Part shown: positions 20,223 to 30,345 of the stretch, piece by piece
Layout: each line of letters begins with the position of its first letter
Position numbering within the stretch: the stretch's first letter is position 1
Assembly (NCBI GenBank): GCA_965203315.1
Contig: OZ241857.1
Location: 1,120,001-1,184,000, forward strand
Direction: 5' to 3'
DNA length: 64,000 bases
Source: Nitrosopumilus sp.
GTDB taxonomy: Archaea; Thermoproteota; Nitrososphaeria; Nitrososphaerales; Nitrosopumilaceae
Program-made: the position numbers and the translations under genes
The notes under the pieces: generated by a model
Told to the model about the DNA's origin: nothing
Databases searched by the model: none
Seen by the model: the letters and a program-made list of their open reading frames with translations, nothing else

Positions 20223-20762
20223 CTAGGTCTTCTCCAACATTTTTTTAAACGTCCAACCAACTGTGTTGATTATCTCGTCTGCACGTTCTCGTTGACGATA
20301 GTTTTTGACTATGATCTCTCGTATATCAGAACCATCTTTTTTTATGGTATAGTCCAAGACTTGATCTGGTTTTATAGATCCTTTATCTAACTCGAGCTTG
20401 TCTTTTCGTGTCATCTCTTTGATTATTCTATCTAGAAAGAATGACTGAAATGGCGGTGTCGCGACGTCAATATTTACATGTGCGTCTACTTTTATGGATA
20501 CTTGATCTGCAGTTAGATATGCATTTGCAATAGTCTCACCAACTCCACTTCTTATCGGTACTGATTCGATCTTTTCAGGTTTTGTAAGATTTGACGCTTT
20601 TGTAAAACTAGCCCCTTTTATGATCATATCCAAGAGCTGTATGTTCTTCTCCAACATTGCTATAGAGTCTTGATGTTTCTCGACCTCTTCGATCAGGCTA
20701 TCTTTTAGTTCAACCGCATCTTTGATCTGCTGCTCTGAGAATCCCATACTGCTAGTCATCAT
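20223..20762 (-). CDS. Conserved hypothetical protein (coiled-coil N-terminus)
   Basis: Long ORF co-oriented with guaA; start uncertain. Confidence 0.7.
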   Translation of the reverse strand: MMTSSMGFSEQQIKDAVELKDSLIEEVEKHQDSIAMLEKNIQLLDMIIKGASFTKASNLTKPEKIESVPIRSGVGETIANAYLTADQVSIKVDAHVNIDVATPPFQSFFLDRIIKEMTRKDKLELDKGSIKPDQVLDYTIKKDGSDIREIIVKNYRQRERADEIINTVGWTFKKMLEKT

Positions 20763-20846
20763 AATACGGTAATTAAATGAATCTTGGTTTCTATGGTACA
20801 CATAATAAAATGTCGCAGATATCTTGTAGGATCTCTTGTTAAAGAA

Positions 20847-21566
20847 CTAGAATAGATCGAGTGTCATATTCAACGAGATGTCTTTGAATCCTACTAGCGA
20901 TGTAGATGTTGTGTATAGTTTTGCTTGAGCAAAACCACTAAACCACTCTAGTAGTGATTTTGCTTTAGACAACTTTTGTAGTTTTATGTATCGGTCAGAG
21001 AGATCAGTGTTGGAATATATGCCGATCTCTGTTCCTAGATCCATTCCAAATAGTACTATTCGCTTTGCGCCAAAGTATTCAGCAAGAAATACTGCTCTAT
21101 CACCATCGGTAAATCCACCAAAGTTTTGAATATTTCCATATGGTTCTGTTTGAGTTGTGCCTATACAGTTTGTAAAGTTTATCGCAAGATCTAATTTTGA
21201 TATATTGTCTCCATGCGCATGAACAACAAAGATGCATTCTGTATCTGCTAAGGATAATAGTGACGACTCGTCACCATCGAGATCTGTAACTATAATATCA
21301 GGTATGATATCAGCTGCAACAAGTGTCTCTACCACACTATCTGCTGCAATTATAATCATGTCTAGTTGTTTTATGATTGGAATAGATACTCCCAGTGATG
21401 GACCAGCTCCGATCACGGCTATACTCTTATCTTGTATAATATTTGACAACTTTGTGAGGTTTGGTTCTTTGAGTATAGAGTTTAGATACTTTGCAGCTGC
21501 TATATCGTCTTGAATATTATAATTAAACTCGTCTACTATTTGGCGATATTGTGCTTTCCAGTCCAT
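20847..21566 (-). CDS. mptE: 6-hydroxymethyl-7,8-dihydropterin pyrophosphokinase MptE-like
   Basis: IGAGPSL, IVTDLDG, VHAHGDN, NFGGFTDGDRAV; divergent from folP. Confidence 0.88.
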   Translation of the reverse strand: MDWKAQYRQIVDEFNYNIQDDIAAAKYLNSILKEPNLTKLSNIIQDKSIAVIGAGPSLGVSIPIIKQLDMIIIAADSVVETLVAADIIPDIIVTDLDGDESSLLSLADTECIFVVHAHGDNISKLDLAINFTNCIGTTQTEPYGNIQNFGGFTDGDRAVFLAEYFGAKRIVLFGMDLGTEIGIYSNTDLSDRYIKLQKLSKAKSLLEWFSGFAQAKLYTTSTSLVGFKDISLNMTLDLF

Positions 21567-22534
21567 ATAACACAAATAGTTTAAACTATATCATAAACGA
21601 TATGATTCATAAATCTAGTACTAAAACAAGTGATGACTCTATATCCATGAACAAAAATACTGATAAATTTCATCATTCCGGTGGCTCGATCGATGTATCA
21701 GGTATAATGGTGGGAGGAGATAGCCCTGTACGCATAATGGGAATACTCAATACAAGTCCAGAATCATTTTACAAGAACTCGATCAGTACGTCAAACAGAG
21801 AGATCCGTGATGCTATAAAACAACTAGATGATGATGGTTCTGATTTTATAGATATTGGTGGTATGTCTACTGCACCATATCTCAAGACGATGGTATCAGA
21901 GAGTACGGAGAAGGATCGTGTCATAAATGCGATAAAGATAGCTGTAGACTCTACCAACCTTCCAATATCTGTAGATACATGTAGATCTAGTGTTGCACGA
22001 GCTGCATTAAAAGAGGGCGCTACCATACTCAATGATATCTCGGGACTACAATATGACCCAAAGATGCCTGACATCATATCTGGCACGAAACTGACAATAG
22101 TACTATGTGCATTTAGTCCTAAACCCATACTTGGAACTATACGTGATACATTACTCAGATTGGAAGCGAGTATAGAGATCGCCAAATCTGTAGGAGTTGA
22201 TAATATCATAGTTGATCCTGCAATCGGCTTCTTTCGTAGAGAAGGACATGGATCGTTATTTACAACGACCACATGTGATAATACTAGACGTGATCTAGAA
22301 TTGATTAAACACCTCGATATGATTCAGATGGGATATCCTATTCTAGTATCGGTATCGAACAAGTCTTTCATCGGTAACGTCTTGGATCGTGACTCGTCAG
22401 ATAGGCTCTATGGATCTATTGCAGTTGAAGCAATCTCGACCATGCTTGGAGCAGATATCATACGTACACATAACGTGAGACCTACCAAAGATGCAGTAGA
22501 TATTGCATCGGCCATAAGATCTAGTCGTGTATAA
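21551..22534 (+). CDS. folP: Dihydropteroate synthase (true start likely downstream)
   Basis: MGILNTSPESF, DIGGMST, ISVDT, NDISG, DPAIGF, SNKSFIG, IIRTHNV. Confidence 0.92.
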   Translation: MLSSPYNTNSLNYIINDMIHKSSTKTSDDSISMNKNTDKFHHSGGSIDVSGIMVGGDSPVRIMGILNTSPESFYKNSISTSNREIRDAIKQLDDDGSDFIDIGGMSTAPYLKTMVSESTEKDRVINAIKIAVDSTNLPISVDTCRSSVARAALKEGATILNDISGLQYDPKMPDIISGTKLTIVLCAFSPKPILGTIRDTLLRLEASIEIAKSVGVDNIIVDPAIGFFRREGHGSLFTTTTCDNTRRDLELIKHLDMIQMGYPILVSVSNKSFIGNVLDRDSSDRLYGSIAVEAISTMLGADIIRTHNVRPTKDAVDIASAIRSSRV

Positions 22535-22623
22535 TGGTTTTAAATCGAATACGTCTAGAATTGTTTTAGTGGATCAGATACAAAGGCTTATAATCAATGT
22601 TCAGATTTTTTAACAAGGTTTAG

Positions 22624-24054
22624 TTGGAATTTAGAGAAGGGTTAACTTTTGATGACGTGTTACTTGTACCTAAATACTCGGATATTACTAGTCGAAGTCA
22701 GACCGATCTGAGTACTAGGTTATCACGAAATATATCGATCAATATACCGTTTATTAGCGCAAACATGGATACTGTAACAGAGTCATCCATGGCGGTTGCG
22801 ATGGCTAGGGCAGGAGGCATTGGAATAATTCATCGATTTCTAACTATACAAGAGCAGACCTACGAGATACTAAAGGTTAAACGCTCTGGTAGCGTCATAA
22901 TAGAAAATCCTTACTCTATCAGCTCTGAGAAGACTATTGCGGATGCGGCGTCTTATTCACAAGAACTAGATATCTCTGGACTCTTGGTTGTAGACTCGGA
23001 CTCTCATCTTTTGGGGATCATAACAGAACGAGATCTAATGTTTGCTGATCCCACTCAACGAGTATCTGATGTGATGACTCGTGACGTGGTTACCGCCAGA
23101 CCTGGTGTATCACTCGATGCAGCAAAAGAGATACTACACAAACATCGAGTAGAGAAACTCCCCATAGTTGACGAATCCGGTAATATACAAGGACTGATAA
23201 CAAGTAAGGATATTACAAATCAAACCAACTATCCAAATGCATCCAAAGATGCAAAGGGTAGTCCTCTTGTTGGTGCAGCTGTAGGAGTAAAAGGCGACTT
23301 TTTAGAGAGGGCAGAGTCACTTCTCAATGCTGGTACAGATGTCCTTGTAGTAGATATCGCACATGGCCATAGTGAGAACGCAATAAACACGATAAAACAC
23401 ATCAAGAAAGCATTTCCGAGCTGTGAGTTGATTGCAGGAAACGTTGCAACAGCTCAAGGTGTACAAGATCTCATACGAGCTGGTGTTGATGCAGTAAAAG
23501 TTGGTGTAGGTTCTGGTTCCATATGTATAACTCGTGTCATTACTGGTTCAGGAGTCCCACAGCTTACTGCTGTGCTAGATTGTGCCAAAGTAGGTCAAGA
23601 TAACGATATCCCAATAATATCCGATGGAGGTACAAGAACATCTGGCGATGCAACAAAAGCACTAGCGTCTGGTGCATCATCGGTTATGTTGGGTAGTATG
23701 TTGGGTGGTACCGACGAGTCTCCTGGTACAGTTCTTACAAAGAATGGAAAACGATTCAAAGTTTATCGAGGCATGGCATCACTTGCAGCTTCCATAGGTC
23801 GCAAGTCTAAAGAGACTGGCAGCCTATCATTTGATGACGAACTCAATGATTATGTAGCAGAAGGTGTAGAGGCGATGGTGCCATACAAGGGAACTGTGGT
23901 TGATATTCTAAAACAGCTTACTGGTGGTGTACGTTCTGGACTGAGTTACTGCGGTGCGCATACTATCTCACAGATGCAGTCAAATGCAGAGTTTATTAGA
24001 ATGTCTCGAGCTGGATTTGCAGAGAGTCAGCCACACGATGTATCTGTGATGTAA
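22624..24054 (+). CDS. guaB: IMP dehydrogenase with CBS pair
   Basis: [39 protein letters not shown]. Confidence 0.97.
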   Translation: MEFREGLTFDDVLLVPKYSDITSRSQTDLSTRLSRNISINIPFISANMDTVTESSMAVAMARAGGIGIIHRFLTIQEQTYEILKVKRSGSVIIENPYSISSEKTIADAASYSQELDISGLLVVDSDSHLLGIITERDLMFADPTQRVSDVMTRDVVTARPGVSLDAAKEILHKHRVEKLPIVDESGNIQGLITSKDITNQTNYPNASKDAKGSPLVGAAVGVKGDFLERAESLLNAGTDVLVVDIAHGHSENAINTIKHIKKAFPSCELIAGNVATAQGVQDLIRAGVDAVKVGVGSGSICITRVITGSGVPQLTAVLDCAKVGQDNDIPIISDGGTRTSGDATKALASGASSVMLGSMLGGTDESPGTVLTKNGKRFKVYRGMASLAASIGRKSKETGSLSFDDELNDYVAEGVEAMVPYKGTVVDILKQLTGGVRSGLSYCGAHTISQMQSNAEFIRMSRAGFAESQPHDVSVM

Positions 24055-24229
24055 TCTTGTACATGCATCATTATCTAGACTCCATTCATCTCTCTTTTCA
24101 CTAGTCCACAGTTTCTTAGTGTTGAATATTTTTTACTACTCTAATCCAGTAGAGTTAGTGAACTACTAATCAAGAACAGACACGATCAATAAATACAAAT
24201 GTAAATTTATTTCTGCACACGACTATATA

Positions 24230-25761
24230 TAGTCACGAACATAATTATTTTCCGGTTCGTTGTTAAGCAATCGTGTTGCCTTTTGTTAATCGTGTAGCTC
24301 AAATCACAACGATTATCATAAAATACGAAAAAAGTCAGATAAATTTTGATTTGTTGTAAAGATATTCACGCCAATACACAAAACAATCAAAATTTTATGG
24401 TCGTCTGCATGATTTATTCTTGCACGACACAATGATTTTTGTAATTTCAAGCTATATTTTTGGCGTAATTATCTTTCTCTTAAGACAACCCATGACATTT
24501 GCGTTGCATTTCATGATTTTCATAGTTTCATCTGCATGTTTCTCTAGAGATCGTAGTGTTTTAAAGACTTTGTTGACTGGAGTATATTGTCTAAACTGTT
24601 TCCAGAGTGCTTCTGATGCATTGAGTTCAGGAACAGCAGCTGGTAATTGCACTAACTTTATGTTATTTTCTTTTGCAAATCGTCTACTTATTTGACTAGT
24701 GTGACATGATGCACCGTCAAGGATGAGTATTATTGGTTCTATCATGGGACGCATCTTTCGTATGATCTTCATAAATGCTATAAAGTCTTTAGAATTTGCT
24801 CAATGACGTATTGTATGACATATTTTTCCGTTAGTGCTGATTCCTCCAAATATTGTTATTCTCTCAGCTTTTCCTGCTACTGCTAGCATGCGTATCTTTT
24901 CACCTATCCTTGACCAACTTTTTACACGACGTTTTGTGTGGGTGTTGATGTGCATCTCATCTACTGCCATCACTAGAAATCCCATGTTGTTTAGACGTGA
25001 AATCCAAGATATGTTGGCTCTTTGGAATTTTTTTATCATCTCATCACTGGCTCGATTAGTGAAATTTACTTGGACATAGCTCTTTGCAGAGCGTCTTAGC
25101 TCTCTCATTCTGCGTCGTATCGTGCTGGGATGATATCGTACTTTTGTTATATTGAAAACCAACTCTAAAATTCTTTGTACTGTTGTGGTGCTGTCGAGTC
25201 CCAGTATGTACTCAAACATTCGGTTAGATACTTTTGGTTTCCTTCCTCGACCTGACTTGTCTTTGAGTCCCTCAATTCCTTCTTTCTGATACCGTGTAAT
25301 CCAATTAAATACGGTGCGAGGCGTAATTCCTGCTATCTCTGCAACATTTACTTGTGTGTAACTAAAATTTAGTACCGTTAGTACAACAATAATTCTTTTG
25401 TGTACGTTATGATTTGGCATGTGTTTGATGTAGCTAACCATATCCTCACATACTTGATTCATTACATATCATAAAAGATAGTAACAAATAAACATGTATA
25501 GTCAACTAAACATGATCAATTAGTTAATTATTATTGTTCAATACCAACATTAACAAAAATTTAAATTTTTTGTGCGCCATTGGACATTTTAAATTTTGGT
25601 CACTAATCATTTTTGTTTATTTCCAACCATGAACTAATAATCAGTGATTTTTGTTGTTATTGCCTCGTATGTTTTATGATCAATGTGATTTCAACGAGGA
25701 TGTTGAAAGAAATCACATAATTTGGCAAAAACGAACCGGAAAATAATTATGTTCGTGACTA
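24230..25761 (-). mobile_element. IS630-family insertion sequence, copy 1 (1532 bp)
   Basis: Perfect 32-bp TIRs TAGTCACGAACATAATTATTTTCCGGTTCGTT; TA flanks; near-identical to 46104-47636. Confidence 0.95.
24452..25462 (-). pseudogene. IS630 transposase with nonsense mutation (Ser221 TCA>TGA)
   Basis: Both ORF pieces are in the same frame; copy 2 has TCA where this copy has TGA at 24800-24802. Confidence 0.9.
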
Positions 25762-25892
25762 TAGTCCTGAACATAATAATTTTCCTAATGTTTAGTATCA
25801 CAATTTGGCGTCATCTGTTCCGCTAGAGGTAAATTTCGTCTCTGTTCTCAGATATGCAGAAGTAAACAAGAAAACAATTCCGCTCGTGACTA
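25762..25892. mobile_element. MITE family A, copy A4, 131 bp, abutting IS630 copy 1
   Basis: TAGTCCTGAACATAATAATTTTCC...CGCTCGTGACTA followed by TA. Confidence 0.9.
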
Positions 25893-25935
25893 TAGATGTT
25901 TATATTCAAACTCTAGATTATTGTTAAATACAAAA

Positions 25936-27528
25936 TCATGGTTGACTTGTACTATTTGTATGTATATGAACAAATTCCCCCTCTCCTGTAAAGTACATAG
26001 AGTGGTATGGAAATGTCGAAGGATTTATTTTATCCATCTCTCCTCTAAACTCTTTTATTTTTGATATGTTCAAGTATAGAGCAAGTTTAGGGTCTCGCTC
26101 TAGATCTATTAAATAATGATTGTCAACTAACAGATAAATATGTTCTGTAGGTGGGGAATAACTTATAATATCTGCATAATCTAACATTATATTGTCTTTT
26201 TGATATACATTATTTAAAATCCATGTATATACTGGACTTGCAAGAAATTTTGTGTTACTATCGTTAAAATTATTTATAGAAAACTCTAATGCAGTAAACT
26301 GAGCTGATGTCATATCAGTAGTAATTAGAAGTGACGAGACTGTTAGGCCATAGACTACAAAACTGAGCATTATTGGAATTATGATAACTTTTTGAGTTTT
26401 AATGGAATTGATACGTTCGATGTTCTCTTGAAGCAATAATGCAATAGATATAGAAATAACTGGTAATAATAATATGTAATGAAAATATTGAAAAAATCCT
26501 ACAAAATTTACAAATATTAAAAACGGTGCGAACCATAGTATCATAAAGAAATTTCGCTTAAGCAAAACATACGTAAATGATACAAATCCAAGAATCGCAA
26601 TTACTGGATCGATCCAAACAACATATGTTGTAACTTGCAAAAATTGTCCTGAACCTCGACTTGCTTGCCAAAATACATCACGAAACCACCAATCTAATTG
26701 ACCAAGAGATAAAGCCACACCTGGCCAGATCATTGGAATTACAAATACTCCCGGTAACCATTTTAGAATAAATTGCAATCTAGTTTGTGTTATGATAATA
26801 TATGCTACCACAGGAATCATAGTTATAGCTGTAAGTTTAGTAAATATTGCGAGACCTAATAGCACTGATGAGCCCAGTACGGTAATATTTTGATGTTTGG
26901 TATCTTTAGAGTGTAATGCCAGTAGTATTGATGACAACAAAAGCGGTAAAAGAATCGTATCTAGTACGATTCGACGTAGTAGCCAAGTTATCGGCATTAA
27001 ACCGAATAAAATACTTGCGAGTATTGCAGCTTTCTTATTAAATCGTTTCTCTGTAATTTTATATATTAAAAATGTATCAAATACAGCTAATAACCCCATC
27101 AATATTCGTGGAGCCAAGTATGATAGCTCAAGTGACTCTTTTACAGTATCTGGAAATCCAACAATTGATAAAAATCCAGATAGCACCAATTGGCCAAAAT
27201 AAGGGTGATCATAAAATCCACCACAACCTACATCAAAATCAGGTTGACAGGGCAGATTAATTTGGCCAAAATAAGAATGATCATAAAGATAACTATCTTT
27301 CAACACACCACTTAATTCTGAATGAGATAAAGCTGATTTTATTGACGGATGATCATAAAATCCTTCTTGTGGAATTGTATTTTCTAAAATGTTCATAGCT
27401 CGGCGCATGTATACACCTTCATCAAAAAAGAGATCAGGAAAACCTACAGGATTCCATAAATGAACATACCCGGATAATATCAGTATTACAACTAATATTA
27501 CATAATGGTTTTTTCTGTTAGCAAGCAT
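25936..27528 (-). CDS. GT-C membrane glycosyltransferase (ArnT/PMT-like)
   Basis: FFDEGVY, YDHPYFGQ, multiple TM helices, GLAIFTK. Confidence 0.85.
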   Translation of the reverse strand: MLANRKNHYVILVVILILSGYVHLWNPVGFPDLFFDEGVYMRRAMNILENTIPQEGFYDHPSIKSALSHSELSGVLKDSYLYDHSYFGQINLPCQPDFDVGCGGFYDHPYFGQLVLSGFLSIVGFPDTVKESLELSYLAPRILMGLLAVFDTFLIYKITEKRFNKKAAILASILFGLMPITWLLRRIVLDTILLPLLLSSILLALHSKDTKHQNITVLGSSVLLGLAIFTKLTAITMIPVVAYIIITQTRLQFILKWLPGVFVIPMIWPGVALSLGQLDWWFRDVFWQASRGSGQFLQVTTYVVWIDPVIAILGFVSFTYVLLKRNFFMILWFAPFLIFVNFVGFFQYFHYILLLPVISISIALLLQENIERINSIKTQKVIIIPIMLSFVVYGLTVSSLLITTDMTSAQFTALEFSINNFNDSNTKFLASPVYTWILNNVYQKDNIMLDYADIISYSPPTEHIYLLVDNHYLIDLERDPKLALYLNISKIKEFRGEMDKINPSTFPYHSMYFTGEGEFVHIHTNSTSQP

Positions 27529-27565
27529 AATACAAATCTGTTTAATATTAATAAATTACTATTTA

Positions 27566-28594
27566 TTAAATATACTTGTATTCATCACTAACAAGTTTTT
27601 TCTTAACAAACTCAATAGGCTCAACAGGTGTAGGATCTACACCTGCAAGTATGGCACGATATATTGAAGTGTAATCTAAGAGATATATCAAATTTATCAG
27701 TTTTGTAAATATATCACCAGATACAGAATATATTTGATCATACTCTATGTTATGCATGTCAAAAAACTCTCCCAAGATATCAAATCGTTCACTGGTTTTA
27801 ATATAATCGTCTACACCTCGAATCATTATAGGTCTTAGACTGGTATTTACAGACCACGAGACAATTCCGTTATGACATGCTTCAATAACATCTTCCGTTA
27901 TGACATGCATCTTTGCGTTCTCTTGTAATGAATTTTTAAAACGTATTGCACTAGCTCGCAAGCCCCACGGATAGTATATTACAGGTATGTTATCTAGATG
28001 TGAGGCGAGTTCTAGTGCAGGATTAGATTCTGTCAAGTTTGTGGATGATATTATAGATCGGTAATGATCTAATTTTGAAAAGGTATATGATATATCTGAT
28101 ACTGGTAGAAATGATTGTAAAATTTTGAGCATCGTAAATAAAAAGATTGGAAATGATGAACGCGGAGAATGAACCATCTGTATATGATGATAATTGATAT
28201 TCATCTTTTGACACAGTTCACGCATCTTACCACCACTAGAGAATGCATATATCTTACATTTTATTTCGGCTGCCTTTGTGAGAACATTCAAAGTTTCTTG
28301 AGTGTTTCCAGATATACTCGTTGCAATAACTATACTCTTTGGAGTAACAGTCTTTGGTAAGAGATATCCTTTTACGATATCAACGTGTATACCTGTCTGG
28401 GATAGTACTGATGCAAAGATATCACTTAATGCGCCGGAACCGCCCATTCCTGCAAAGACGACATGAGTAACGTCTTTGAGTTCAATATCATCAACGTTGA
28501 TATCATAACTAGATTGAGCCATCTCAGGCCATTTGTCATAGATCTCAAACATGCGTTCTAGATCTACATCATAAAGTCGTTTAGTGTCTAACAA
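27566..28594 (-). CDS. Bifunctional phosphoglucose/phosphomannose isomerase (SIS domain)
   Basis: GMGGSG, SISGNTQET, SSGG, RFKNSLQENAK, EACHN, DPTPV. Confidence 0.9.
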   Translation of the reverse strand: MLDTKRLYDVDLERMFEIYDKWPEMAQSSYDINVDDIELKDVTHVVFAGMGGSGALSDIFASVLSQTGIHVDIVKGYLLPKTVTPKSIVIATSISGNTQETLNVLTKAAEIKCKIYAFSSGGKMRELCQKMNINYHHIQMVHSPRSSFPIFLFTMLKILQSFLPVSDISYTFSKLDHYRSIISSTNLTESNPALELASHLDNIPVIYYPWGLRASAIRFKNSLQENAKMHVITEDVIEACHNGIVSWSVNTSLRPIMIRGVDDYIKTSERFDILGEFFDMHNIEYDQIYSVSGDIFTKLINLIYLLDYTSIYRAILAGVDPTPVEPIEFVKKKLVSDEYKYI

Positions 28595-28948
28595 GTGATT
28601 GTACTATATTGTTATGAAAATATATGTTATGAGCCAAGTGTAGATGTTCAAGGATGACTAACTACGTTATCAGACATAGTAAGACAGTTGCTTTTATGTA
28701 CATGTGAGTGTGCCTCAACAGTGTAATAATAACAATGGACGTAAAACATTGGCCTAGTTGGTGTTGACACTAGTCATCTGACTCATCTGCACGTTCCCTA
28801 ACCTTCTTGAGAATGCAGTATCGACTCAAACTTTTCATGAATCCCATGAAATATGGTAAGCACGACGCACATTTAATAGTTGAGATCAAGGCTTTGTAAG
28901 CAGGTATGTCAATCATACACTTGAGCATTAAAATCAACCATCGTATAC

Positions 28949-29127
28949 GGTTCTGCTAACATGACGGAGGTTGACATTTTCTGCACAAAATTCTCGAAAA
29001 CTTTACAAAAATATGAAAACGGTCTCATATCGACTATCGTAAATTGTTGCTGTTTTGAGTCACATATTGTGTGAGCTCTTTGGGATAATGTCATAACGAT
29101 CTCCACCTCCGCCAAATTAATGGGATT
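28949..29127. mobile_element. MITE family D, decayed copy
   Basis: Colinear with 12376-12551 (GGTTGACATTTTCT-CACAAAATTCTCGAAAA..GGTCTCATATCG); right TIR degenerate. Confidence 0.8.
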
Positions 29128-29139
29128 GTTAAATCACAG

Positions 29140-29463
29140 TTATGTCGTCTTACTACGCCTCTTAGACAAGATTATCTTTCTATATGTATGACCACATGTA
29201 AGACATGAGATTCGTATAGATTTGATTGGTGATCGACCTAATCTGATTCTAGAACCAACACCTGGAGCCATAAACAACTTGCAGCGCTTACAAAACATAA
29301 TCTTGATACAAGATGGCATGGGTACCTTGTGCCTTGTACTTATACGTCTTGCAATATTTGCCTGACTTTGAGATAGTACAGGTCGCTGTCTGGCATTTGC
29401 GACGGCATGTTTGATCAAGATCATCATACGCTCTTGAGCGATATCATATAGTACAGGTTTCAT
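29140..29463 (-). CDS. rnp4: Ribonuclease P protein subunit Rpp21
   Basis: IAQERM, FCKRCK..PG..RIR..CLTCGH zinc ribbon. Confidence 0.9.
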   Translation of the reverse strand: MKPVLYDIAQERMMILIKHAVANARQRPVLSQSQANIARRISTRHKVPMPSCIKIMFCKRCKLFMAPGVGSRIRLGRSPIKSIRISCLTCGHTYRKIILSKRRSKTT

Positions 29464-29586
29464 AGAATGTCAATAGTCAGTATAGTTAAAAACTGCTTTG
29501 AATATTTCAATGATGTATTACAATACCATATACTGTACACCACATACGGTATATTGTATACTGTATACTGGATCATAGATATCAGA

Positions 29587-29660
29587 TGCAGTCAGCGGGA
29601 TTCGAACCCGCGTCACAGGGTTGGAAACCCCGAATACTAACCAGGCTATACTATGACTGC
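29587..29660 (-). tRNA. tRNA-Gly (anticodon TCC), intronless
   Basis: Cloverleaf: acceptor GCAGTCA/TGACTGC, anticodon arm CGGGG-TTTCCAA-CCCTG, T arm GCGGG-TTCGAAT-CCCGC. Confidence 0.96.
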
Positions 29661-29682
29661 AATAGAGACTAAATCTTGAATC

Positions 29683-30345
29683 CTACATAAAAATGGTTTT
29701 TTCATATTCGTATAATATTCGAGCAGTCACGATATGGCTCTCTAACGAGTGCTCATTAATTGAGTACATGTCATCAACCTGCGATGTAGTAGTTTTGGTA
29801 AAATGACCCTTCTGAAATCCTCCAATTATAATACAACAGTCATCAGAGATCTGGTTTGCTATATCACTACAAGACTGTCTTGAGCCTAACGTAGATAGAC
29901 CAATTACTTTAGATGGATTTATCGTGTCTAACAGCTCTGATAAAGTTTGATCATATAGCCTTAAAAGTTCTATATCGTCTGTAACTCTCGTTCTGTACAA
30001 CTTTGTAATCAATCCCTCAAATCTATGATATGACTTTGGAATACGTACATTTTGGCCAAGTTTGATCACCTTGTTGTGTATGGTATGAACATAGACGGAT
30101 AACTCGTTTTGGTAGTAGAGAGGTATCGATGTTGCCTCCAATAATGAAAAGTGTACAATATCTGGCCTACCCCGTTTCATCTCGTTCGTTATACCTTTCA
30201 TAGCTGCATAGTGCCACGAGTTATCTAGTAGAGTTTGTACAGGCAGTCTTCCTAGACGTTGCGCGTGACGCACAACAGATGGATGATCTTGTAGTTGTAC
30301 CGGAACGATCTCTAATGAAGACTCGGCAAGTATGAGTGAGATCAT
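29683..30345 (-). CDS. nep1: Nep1/Emg1 rRNA pseudouridine methyltransferase
   Basis: LAESSLE, RGRPDIVHFSLL, RIPKSYHRFEGL, IGGFQKGHF. Confidence 0.93.
   Translation of the reverse strand: MISLILAESSLEIVPVQLQDHPSVVRHAQRLGRLPVQTLLDNSWHYAAMKGITNEMKRGRPDIVHFSLLEATSIPLYYQNELSVYVHTIHNKVIKLGQNVRIPKSYHRFEGLITKLYRTRVTDDIELLRLYDQTLSELLDTINPSKVIGLSTLGSRQSCSDIANQISDDCCIIIGGFQKGHFTKTTTSQVDDMYSINEHSLESHIVTARILYEYEKTIFM

Noticed and set aside
24102-24225. Full fifth copy of MITE A
   Set aside because: Only the right end resembles the TIR; the interior is too degenerate to call
24772-24802. Programmed frameshift between two IS630 ORFs
   Set aside because: Both pieces are in the same frame; copy 2 shows it is a TCA>TGA point change
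27190-27363. CRISPR-like repeat/spacer periodicity
   Set aside because: Only three degenerate units, in frame inside an intact CDS, and no cas genes; better explained as an intragenic expansion
28655-28760. HEARO/omega-RNA-like words (CTACGTT, AACATTGGC)
   Set aside because: No supporting stems and no iscB/tnpB nearby; likely chance
29587-29660. tRNA-Gly as an integration site
   Set aside because: No duplicated tRNA 3' end and no integrase seen in the window
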